The notes beneath the pieces are model-generated. The model was given only the letters and a program-made list of their open reading frames with translations, was not told where the DNA came from and made no database searches. A program made the position numbers and the translations under genes. 64,000 nt of DNA from Perna viridis (Eukaryota), in the NCBI GenBank assembly GCA_037379345.1, contig CM074523.1, positions 31,883,678 to 31,947,677 of the forward strand, in the 5' to 3' direction. Positions 41,001 to 53,000 of this stretch are shown in pieces. Each line of letters begins with the position of its first letter. Within the stretch, counting starts at the first letter, position 1.

Positions 41001-44000
41001 AAATTGAATATATATTTCAGTCAGTTTATCCGAATAAGATTTATCTCTCTTAGAAGGTAGTCATTATGATTTTTTTATTTTTATACCCAGCCAATCATAA
41101 AGTAGTGAAGTGACATTTGATACCCTCCAAAAAGTTGCCTATCCATCAGACTGTCCGACCCCAGACAGTTTCAAGAGGATAACTTTAGAAATATATTGAA
41201 AGATCTTTTTTTTAAAATAATCAATATAATAAATACAAAGCAAATTTGAATTTCAGTTTGATCAGATTATTTATCCAAAAATTGTGGCATGGCTTTAAGT
41301 TGTTTTACTGCCAAAAATTTTATTGCAACACCACATTGGCAGTAAAACAACACCACATTGGCAGTAAAACAACACCACGTTGGCAGTAAAACAACTTTAT
41401 CATTTAATGTCTCATTAGGTGCCTTTATTTTTTTTTAGCTTCTTGAGGGAGTGAAATATTCTGAGATATTGAAGAAAAACTCTTAGTTCCATTTTAATGG
41501 GTCTGTGACTTTATATAGATGGAGCGTACATTATATGTAATTTTTGGTGCTGTCTGTTTTTAACTTCCTGTACAAGTGGGGGTATACCTTGTGACAACAC
41601 AATTAAACTTCAATGGATATTTACTAATTGAAAACTACATTGTGGAAGGCAATTAAGACACATGTGAAACCAGACCAATTGACTTCAGGACTGAGGACTG
41701 CTTCATGTTCTAATCATTCCCATTCATTATAATGCATAGTGGAGCATATAATATAATCTCTGAATAAAGCTGCTTTAAAATTGTGATAATTCCCTAAAAT
41801 TAAGATACAGTCTACAGAGATACTTTGCTTCTACTAAAGAAAAGTTTTTTTCAATTTTTCCAAAACTGAAGATTTGGAACAGAATTATTGTAAGAGGTTA
41901 CACTCATGGTTTCACGGGTTTCCTAATTTAGGAATAAGTGTCATGCATCTTGTTGCACATTCATGGAATTCAGTAGATTACGTTCTTTGTCATGTTAAGA
42001 ATGTTTTCTGTATGTATTGGTACATATGAATAAATGTTATTCAATAAATAGTGAAGTATTAAAAGACTAGTAAGATTAAATTTAACATTTTTCCTGTTGG
42101 ACTAACTGTTGAGTAACAGGGGCCAGAAAGATTAATGATAAACCTTGTCCTGACCCATTGAGCTGTTGTATGGGGATATTATTTATTTAATATTGGACAA
42201 TCTTACAATTGTTTAGAGTCAGCATGATACAGAAAAAAAACCGTATTAAGTGTATCTTATCTTCTCAGTATAATTACCAAAAATATTTCTACAAGTGGAG
42301 GCTTTGCCAATGAAACCTACTGTGTCATACTTCTATGGTATGGATGAATAAACGGGATTAACTTTTGGAGTGGACAACCTTAGTTTTTGTTTTTACATCG
42401 ATTTTAATAGAATATCTATTGAACCCTTTGAGAATATAATAGTATATAAATATATATTTTTAAAACACAAATCCTATTACATTTAGGTTGCTATAAAACA
42501 TTGAATATATCTGTATATGCAGTTTTGTAATTTGAAGACAATTTAGGATGACAGGTTAGTGGTGGTCCATTAAGGTCAAACCTAGAGCCTTTGAAAATCG
42601 TGACCCTTGTAATTGTCCCTTTAAGAAGGACTTTTGATTTTCCTCAAGGGGAAAATTTTATTTGAATCTTGGCAAATTCCAGGACCTTCCACTATCAATT
42701 TCTTTTTGTTTCAGCGGGTTATATACCTCTAAAATGATTGGTACGACCAAATTGTGTCAATTTATCAAGTTTCTTCCTTGTAAATTCCTGGACAGTTACT
42801 TACGTTCTCAAAAGCAGAATTTGACCCCATTCCATATCTCCATATTGCTCCACATTTTAGACATGCCAGTATGAAATAGTGATAACTTATTATAGTTTTA
42901 CAGTTTGTAAACTTAACTGTTCATAATTTATCGAATATAAACATTAAAATCATTTGACAGGGTATTTAAATCTATGATTCTGTCTTTTGTTTGTGAAACT
43001 TGTAAAACTAATCCAAGCACCAGTGACGTTCAAAAGTCTGATTTGTAGATCTTGGTGACTTTGTAAATTCACAGCCTATCTCTGGACAATATAACGTGCT
43101 GTTTCTGAGCTGTGCAGTTTCCAATAATTTTGTTGACACAAGATTTTAATGTTAACGATCCGATAAGGCTGGGTACTTGTAAATTTTAAACACGTGAAAG
43201 TATTGTTAACGATTTTCCCTGTAAGGTTTTTAAAAGCTTTTTGCTAAGATATATTGGTAAATAAGTTATTCAGTGGTATAGTTATTAATCTTGACTTTAA
43301 TGAGAACACATGGGATTTAAGCCTTACTATTTATGTATGGTGGAAAGTTAGTGGTCAGTGATTCATACCAGGCCAGAAAGAAAATGTTTGTCGGCAACTC
43401 AACCAACCCACCAAGCTCATTCTTGGCAACTTTTGGACTTTCGAAGGAGTAATCAACTGAGCAGAGAGGAGTTGTTTTGTTTCCTTTTCAGAAGTTTCTC
43501 AGTTGATATTGTTGTGAAATTTGGCAAGGATTTTATCATAGGAATATAAATCAAGTCATCAAAGTGCAGCTATATTTCTTTTCCATGGATTTATGAGATT
43601 CTGTGAAAAATCCCACAATTTTTTTGAAATTGTGACACAATTCTTAAAGATTTGAGCTTGGAAATGAATCCAAAATATCTTAGTGGATAGTGATTTCAAA
43701 GTAATGGATGTGTATTCACTCCAAAAATGGCTGAGGGCAATAGAATTAACCTGGATATTGATGCTGTGAGGGATCTGAATATTGAGGATATATTTAAGGT
43801 AAAAGGTGTACTGAAAAAGAGCTTTTTTAAGATAATACTTGGTGTCCAAGACTTCAATTTACAATGTTTTAGAATAGGCTAGGGCCTGGATAAGAAAAGT
43901 AGGTGAAATCATTTCATTTCCACCTAAACATGAAAAGAGATGATGATTTTATTCAAGTGGACTATTGTTTTGAAACTTGAAAAAGTCCAGGACCCTTCAC

Positions 44001-47000
44001 TGTTAAAAGTAAATTTGAACCTTGTACCTATCTGAACTTGATCTCAGATCCTTTCATAAAGTGTATATTCCAAACACCTCTGCAGTCCAAAACTTTTCAG
44101 GTCAGACAAGTTTTACTTTATATCTTATGTGGAACCCTCCTCCCAGTTGGTGGTGTAGTGTGTTGGCTTGTGAATTCTGGGTGTTGTGGAACCCTTCCCC
44201 CAGTTTGTTGTGTAATGTGTAGGCCGGGCTTGTGAATGCTGGGTGTTGTGGAACCCTCTCCCAGTTGGTGGTGTAGTGTGTTGGCCTGTGAATGCTGGGT
44301 GTTGTGAAACCCTCCCCCCAGTTGGTTGTGTAGTGTGTAGGCCCGGCTTGTGAATGCTGGGTGTTGTGGAACCCTTTCCCAGTTGGTTGTGTAGTGTGTT
44401 AGCCTGTGAATGCTGGGTGTTGTGGAACCCTCCCACCAGTTGGTTGTGTAGTGTGTAGACCTGACTTGTGAATGCTGGGTGTTGTGGAACCCTCTCCCAG
44501 TTGGTCGTGTAGTGTGTTGGCCTGTGAATGCTAGGTGTTGTGGGTTCTATACCTGGACAAAAGGTACCGTAGACTTTAGAATTGGTAGTCATCGCTAGTC
44601 AACCATGAATGTGGTATATTTGTTAAAAGTTGATGACTACTTGGCTCAGGGTCTGAATAATGTGTTAAGGATAAGGTAGAATGTCTTCCTGCTGGCTGTT
44701 TCTTCTTGGAGTTAGCATATTAAATTTCTGCTTAGTGCGTCAAACTAGTCTGAAGCTAGGTGTGTTTGATTAGTAAAAAAGTCTTGTCTTAAAATGCATG
44801 GAGTATTTGTGAAGATAATAACTACATTCAACCAATCAATGTTTGTAGAGAAATTTGTATTTCTTTAAGACCAAAGTCCACATACCAATAGTTCTCAAAT
44901 AGAAAGTTATAGGTGAAATTAAAAGAATAAATATACAGAGCAATGGATAAAGAAATTGTGCATGTCATCCAATACACAAAAGTTTAATCAAAGTGGTAAG
45001 TAAACAATTCCTTATTCACCCAATACACAACTGCTAATAAAAAGTATAAATATTCACTTTGGATTGTTGTTGATCTGATTTTCTCAATACACAAGTGTTC
45101 AATTCAGACAAAACTGGAAAGGTATTTCTTTACTATTGAAATGAATAGTCTGTATATCTTTTGAAGTACTTAAAAGCGGTCTTAAATCCTATTTTAAGTG
45201 GTTTTAACTCTTTAACGGGTGTCAGATTGAAACTGGTCTGGTTTTGGTAGGTGTGTACCTACTGGTTATGATAGATGCTATATTGAGATGTTTATACTTT
45301 CACTTCACAGGTCAAGTGGGTATGAATTATGTGTACCCAAGTCCATGTCAGTTCATCCATTTGTCCATCGATTCGTCAAAGCTAATGAATCAATTCATAT
45401 TTTCGTTCTATAACAAGTCTATGGTCAAATTTGGTTGTGGTGTATAAATAGGGATAATTTGAAATCCAGATCTCATGGCAAAAAGACCTTCAACTGAATT
45501 CCAGTTTCATGAACATAATTTTCTTCTAATTTATAGCAGAAATCTTGACTCTGTTTTTAACGTCTATTTCTGTGATCACCAGAACTTTTCCTCTAGTCAT
45601 CTTTTTGTACTCTCTCGTCCTGTTGTGTAGTATCAGTTAAACATTCAACCTTTGCTTTGTAAAAGACAGTAAGTTCCCTTTGTTCCCCTATAATATAGCA
45701 TGGAGTTGACTTGGTCATGAAAGTATTTACTATTTAGTATTTTTGTTATTCCCTGGTGTATTTTAGATTTTACCATATGCATTCCTTTTGCTATAGAATA
45801 GAACTCAAGGAAACATTAGTTAATGTAATGTGATGATACATGTGTACATTGCTAATACTTTCTATCACTTGTAGTATTGTGACCTTTTTGCTCTTGACCA
45901 GTTTCTTATGTAAGTTTAAAAGAACATTTCTCCTGGTTGCATGAATGACATTTTCATTCTGTAAAGGTAAAGAAGTTTAGAATCTCGTTAACCAGGAGGG
46001 TTTTATAGACTTATTTAAACTTGCTAATTGATTTCATCAATTATAATATGAATAATTCAGGTATTATTTATAGTACATGTACTTATTTTTTTTATTTAAT
46101 TTCTTCCATAATATCCCTTTAGAACTTTCATACATTTAATTGGTTTCTTGCTCACAGAATTGACCTGAATGTTCTTTTAAAGTCTAGAATTCATGCCTTG
46201 AACTGATTACCCTTATTTCTAATTCCTTGTTCAATATATAAATACATACAATCATCTAAAATTTACAATGAGTAGATATAAACTAAATATATAAGACTCC
46301 AAATCAAGTATTCATCTTTCATTGTGCTGTGTAAGAGTGAAAAACTACATAACAAACTCTTTATGTTCCTAGTTGCTGAAATGAGAGTTATCTCCCATTT
46401 GCAAAATTGTCACAAAATAAATGCTCTTTGACTCTTAGTACAAAACAGCCTAGCTGGTGTTGTGATGTGTTGGATTAGTAAAACTTCCTACATCATAATT
46501 ACTTTTTTAAGTTCATTAATACTTTATATGTTGTTGTATTAATTTAAAAATCAATTACCTTTTCTGTAAAGTCAGCACTGCTGGAATCAAATTCAGACTT
46601 TTAAAAACATTTCAATGAAATATGACACTACCATTTATGTAATTGATTCCAATGTGTCTGTAATATAATTCTATTAATAGATTTATGGATGAATGGTTTT
46701 CCAATTAAAAGTGAAACAAGTGGGGGTCACTAATAACTTCAGTGGGGTGTGAAGAATATTTTAATACATGTACAAGAAGGTCAATCACATGTGCACTAGC
46801 TATGGTTTGCTATAGTTAATTTGCCCTGCTGGGTTGAAATTAACTCTAAGGATGTCCTTAAGGGAATACTATTGAAAACAAAAATATAGGCCTGCACTAA
46901 AAATGTATGCATTTGCTATTCTTCTACTGAGTATACTTTTTAGTTCCTTACTGGCATTTTTCATGGATGAAGACTTTAGGTTCGCACTCTGTCCATCTGG

Positions 47001-50000
47001 CAGTCTGGCAAATCAGTTTTCCGCCCTTTTTTCGTCATGTTAGCAGATATTAATTTGACATTTGGTTTTTTTACTTTACGATTGCAAGTTACAGATCAAG
47101 AACAAATTTTGTTCCATTCTGTTGGTTGTTTTTTGCTGAGTTATGGCCCTTGGACAGACAATACATGCAATAACTCAGTTTTCTACTCTTTTCTTCATCA
47201 TACTTCCAGGCAGTCATTTAATATTTGGTACATTATTTTGCCATGGCAAGTTACAGATCAAGTCTGAAAATTGTTCCAGTCTATTGTTTTAATTTTTTAC
47301 TGAATGAAGACCCTTGGACTTAGAAAATTAAGTTTGCATAGTGTTCTCCTCAACAGAAATTTCTTTTGGTTTTGGTAGGGGATTTTGTATTGCCATGAAT
47401 TACTTGTAGAAAGCTTGTTAAAGTATCATTTTATTTTCTGTTCTCCTTTAGATTTAGATTAAGCAATGTTTTATATTAATGGGTTATACCTACATGTACC
47501 TCTCTGTAGTGACATTATTAATGGGTTATACCTACATGTACCTCTCTGTAGTGTTTTATATTAATGGGTTATACCTACATGTACCTCTCTGTAGTGACAT
47601 TATTAATGGGTTATACCTACATGTACCTCTCTGTAGTGTTTTATATTAATGGGTTATACCTACATGTACCTCTCTGTAGTGACATTATTAATGGGTTATA
47701 CCTACATGTACCTCTCTGTAGTGACATTATTAATGGGTTATACCTACATGTACCTCTCTGTAGTGTTTTATATTAATGGGTTATACCTACATGTACCTCT
47801 CTGTAGTGTTTTATATTAATGGGTTATACCTACATGTACCTCTCTGTAGTGACATTATTAATGGGTTATACCTACATGTACCTCTCTGTAGTGTTTTATA
47901 TTAATGGGTTATACCTACATGTACCTCTCTGTAGTGACATTATTAATGGGTTATACCTACATGTACCTCTCTGTAGTGACATTATTAATGGGTTATACCT
48001 ACATGTACCTCTCTGTAGTGACATTATTAATGGGTTATACCTACATGTACCTCTCTGTAGTGTTTTATATTAATGGGTTATACCTACATGTACCTCTCTG
48101 TAGTGTTTTATATTAATGGGTTATACCTACATGTACCTCTCTGTAGTGACATTATTAATGGGTTATACCTACATGTACCTCTCTGTAGTGACATTATTAA
48201 TGGGTTATACCTACATGTACCTCTCTGTAGTGTTTTATATTAATGGGTTATACCTACATGTACCTCTCTGTAGTGTTTTATATTAATGGGTTATACCTAC
48301 ATGTACCTCTCTGTAGTGACATTATTAATGGGTTATACCTACATGTACCTCTCTGTAGTGTTTTATATTAATGGGTTATACCTACATGTACCTCTCTGTA
48401 GTGACATTATTAATGGGTTATACCTACATGTACCTCTCTGTAGTGACATTGTTAATGGGTTATACCTACATGTACCTCTCTGTAGTGTTTTATATTAATG
48501 GGTTATACCTACATGTACCTCTCTGTAGTGACATTATTAATGGGTTATACCTACATGTACCTCTCTGTAGTGTTTTATATTAATGGGTTATACCTACATG
48601 TACCTCTCTGTAGTGTTTTATATTAATGGGTTATACCTACATGTACCTCTCTGTAGTGACATTATTAATGGGTTATACCTACATGTACCTCTCTGTAGTG
48701 TTTTATATTAATGGGTTATACCTACATGTACCTCTCTGTAGTGTTTTATATTAATGGGTTATACCTACATGTACCTCTCTGTAGTGACATTGTTAATGGG
48801 TTATACCTACATGTACCTCTCTGTAGTGACATTGTTAATGGGTTATACCTACATGTACCTCTCTGTAGTGACATTGTTAATGGGTTATACCTACATGTAC
48901 CTCTCTGTAGTGTTTTATATTAATGGGTTATACCTACATGTACCTCTCTGTAGTGACATTATTAATGGGTTATACCTACATGTACCTCTCTGTAGTGACA
49001 TTATTAATGGGTTATACCTACATGTACCTCTCTGTAGTGACATTATTAATGGGTTATACCTACATGTACCTCTCTGTAGTGACATTGTGCAAACATATTA
49101 GATTTACCCTTAAGTATATTTTAACAAGCTTGAAAGCATATCTTTTGTAACCTAAGAAACTATTAAAGCTTTGCATTTAGTTTTATAATCATAGAACTTG
49201 TGTTCTAAGTTTAGCATACATGTATATCATTAAAATCTTGTTTCAATCCAAGTCTACACCTTGAAACTATTGGATTTTAAAATTGTAACATTAAGAACTT
49301 CATCAATATGATACAGTGGTTAAGCATTGGACCAATATTGATTATTATACATCGTTACTTGTATTTTTTTGTCTACAGCTAATACATGCATAGCAACAGT
49401 CACAAACATACTAAATCTTCCAAAGCTTCTATAATGTATTGTACCCCATATTATATAGATAACAGTGATTTACCAAATGTTCCCTGTGCAAAATTTTGGA
49501 TAATTCACACAGTGAAATAAATTTGGTAGTTTCACTCTTGGACTTTCTCCCTCCAAAGCATCACTAAACTTCATATCAATCTGGTGTTTACAAAATGTGA
49601 ATTTTATGTTCAACAAACAAGGGAGAAAACAGGATGATATTGTAAATAACACAATATAATCATTAGTGCTTAGAACACATTAAGGTACAACTATTGCACG
49701 GAACTGGTGATCAAATTTTGGTTATAATTTCTCTCCAATTAATTATCCCATTATTCAATCACACTTGTTGAAACTGACAATTATTTCCATTCTGTTGACA
49801 AGTTTGAGAACCACTTTCTGAGTTAGAGTTATCTCCCATAATCAGGTAATTACGACCATGTTAGTCAACATTTCCCAAAATTTATCACTACTATTTGTTA
49901 TTCTTAACTAACAATACAATAGATAACTTCAAATACACTCAAGTGTACTTCAAATCTCAAGTTGGAGCCAGTATCGGGTATATAAGGAGAGAGCTTAGCA

Positions 50001-53000
50001 TAAATTACACACCTGTCTAGAGCCAGGTCATTTTATTTCACATCAAGTATGGATGAATATTTTCCAATAAGTGGGATCTGCAAAAAAAGGGGGTTTGTAG
50101 GCTATTATTGGTCACTTTTTTGTTCAATGAATGTACAATTTAAGTTAGTTTTAGAGCAAAAGAGTATGGAATCCCTTGATGTGCCATTTCATGTATATTA
50201 TATGCTTTGATGAAAATACAAAGTGACTAGCAGTTAAATATAGTCAGAAATTATGTCACTTTGAGAAGTACAATGATAAATTGTTTCTTTGAATAAGTTT
50301 GGTGTCTGTTTCAAGTGTGACAACAGTTTTTGTTTGCTTGGAAAAATATGCACATTATAAATACTTAAATAGGGTTTATTTGAGATTGAATGTGTAGCTA
50401 CACACATAAAAAAATAATTTGCAGTTGTAAATAAGGTAATCTCCTCTTTTGGACTTTCTCTTTTCACCTGCCTTTAGCCAAGTTGTTCACTTCTGGTGAA
50501 AATTGGTTTGAAGATTTGTGAAAGCCAGAAGCAAACTTATCAGGATTTTTTTCTAACGATACTCAACTTTTGCAAGTGAACTCTATTAAACCTTAGAATT
50601 TATTTTACCAGTACAATGATAAATTGTTTCTTTGAATCAGTTTAGTGTCTGCTTCAAGTGTTAAAACAGTTTTTGTGTGCTTGGAGAAATATGCACATTA
50701 TAAATACCTAAATAAGTTTTATTTGAGATTGAATAGCCGTTAAATTTTTATGTTGAAGTGGGTTCTGGATCACAAGAATATATATAAAGAGGCCTTTTAA
50801 TGTATATATGATCCGCCCTTAGTAGATAAATATCTTTAAATTTTGGACTAATGGAATTTTATCATGGCATTCTTGTAGTTATGTTTTGGGATGTGTAAAA
50901 TCATTTGTCATGAAATAAACTTGGCTGTTAGAACTTAAAAGCATATACATGTACATGTATAAAGTAATAAGAATGGAAAAGCATTCTAGCTCTTTAGCCT
51001 GTTCTTAAGTTAAGATCTTTCTTTTTTTCTTTATTTGGTAGACAGTTTTTGACTGTGTTTTATGGTATTTATCTTTTATTCTTAAAATTAACCTGGGATA
51101 AGGTACTGTGAAAGTACTTTAATTCATGGATACCATTTTTGTGTGGATTATGGAAGAAACAGTTCCTGGATTCTTGTTTTGATGTTTCACAGTCTACACA
51201 TCAATGGAAATCTCTTTTGCATTTGGAACCAAAGTTCGTGGTTTGGCCTACCCACAAAAACAAAGAAAATTGGTACCCTACAAACAAAAGAATTTTACTA
51301 GTAGATCTATTTTGTTTTTATATTCTTTAGTGCATCTGGACCATGACAAAGTACTTACGTAAACATTAGTCCTCAAATTTAACATTAATTACACAGGTGG
51401 GTTTTCAAAACCATAATTTGTATTTCACTTTTTATTAATAGAAAATATTTCCATTAATATAATTTTGAATGAACTATATCAACTAGAAAAAGTCACAATA
51501 ATGGAAGCTTTTATGTTTGAGAAAAAGTTTGTCACTTGACCGTTTTTAAACCAAGATCACTTTTAAAATATCATACTTTACATATTGAAGTAAGTTAGTA
51601 TGTATATATTGGGAAAATATCTAAACCGTAAATTTCATGTGAATTATTGATTGAAATATCTTTTTAAACAAGTTTACTATTGAATTAAGCCTCTGTGTGG
51701 TGAATAATGTTTACTGTTGAAAGCTGCTGATGAAATGGACATTGTTTATAAATTCATGTCAATCCTGATGAAATTGACACTGTGACATTGATTGCTGATT
51801 TTCAAAATTTCACATTAAATAAAGGCATTGTGCTCTTGAAATAGGTTCTGTTTTTCTCCATTGATTATGAAACTTGGCTTTTATGAAATCATAACTATTT
51901 CCAGAAATATATAAATTGGAGAGTCTGAGCATATCATCGTTCAGAATTCTTTGGGTATAATTTAAAATGGTGTCAAATAGGGGGCCAAATTGTAGCATAC
52001 CCTTTACTCATCTTTGGTTGCTGATGTTACAATTCCTCACAAATTCAACTTTTGGGAATGAGATTATATTTTGCAAAGTTTTTGTTGTTTATACAAATAT
52101 AAATACATTGTACACGTGATATAGAAAGTAGGTTTACATTGGCAGTGAAGTACTTAATCATAATACAGGCATTTATTAATGCTTCAATTATCATGAAAGA
52201 TTATTATTGACACAAAAATTAGCACCTTAATGGAATGTTTATACTTGTGTAAGTACCTGTCATATCATAATCGATTTTCCCTAAGATTCCCAGAAACAAG
52301 CATTGTTACTCTACTGCTCTTGGCTCTTTTGTTTCCCAGTGTGGTGGCTTAACAATTTTCAGTATCTATGTTTCTTCAAAGATTGACATTTTGACTGATT
52401 GATGAGACTTGAGATCATATTGAATCAGTATGTTTAACACTTATATAATCACTTACTTGTGTACTAATTACAAGTCGTAGAACTTATTGACAATTAATGC
52501 TGGAATATATGTTCCTGAGTCCAAGGATGAGGTTGATATTGAATTGAATTATCTCACACAACTGCTAAAGAAAGGAACTTCAATCTGGATTTGATATATT
52601 TTGATGAGACAGTTATTTCACTCAATATTCTACTCTTTAGAATGGCTCTGTATTTATTGTATTCTTACATAGCAAATCCTGGAATTAAATGCTGCTCTGA
52701 ATGAAAATATTGATGTATTTATGGTGTTGTTCTATAGTCAGTTAGTGCAGTTTAGTTTTGTTTTGACATTTTCATGTGTTTGGTTTAGTGCTAATTACTT
52801 TGTGTAGTTTTCAAGTGATGCAGGAAATACTGGAATGTATTTCAGTGCTATAACTAGATTTGTAAAGGAATTCATTTAATTGCTATAATTATATTGGATT
52901 GAAATTGATTTCTGAGTATTCTTCCCTGAGTTGCATGCATTGAACACAAATACTTGTTCATATGTTCTGGTGACTCTGGAAAGTTAGTGAATGTTGAAAT

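Noticed and set aside
43384-43452. Short ORF MFVGNSTNPPSSFLATFGLSKE* with nearby tgacgt/cacgtg motifs as another alternative start
   Set aside because: No phase-0 donor compatible with the downstream exon, and the motifs are expected by chance.
44128-44560. tRNA gene cluster
   Set aside because: The units lack a complete cloverleaf and T-arm; they are better explained as an amplified SINE head.
47469-49088. CRISPR array (identical 37-bp repeats)
   Set aside because: Linkers are only 5-6 nt with three recurring types, there are no unique spacers or cas genes, and the context is a eukaryotic intron.
47564-49150. Repetitive ORFs (MGYTYMYLSVV...)
   Set aside because: Artefacts of translating the 42/43-bp array; the frames shift at every 43-bp unit.
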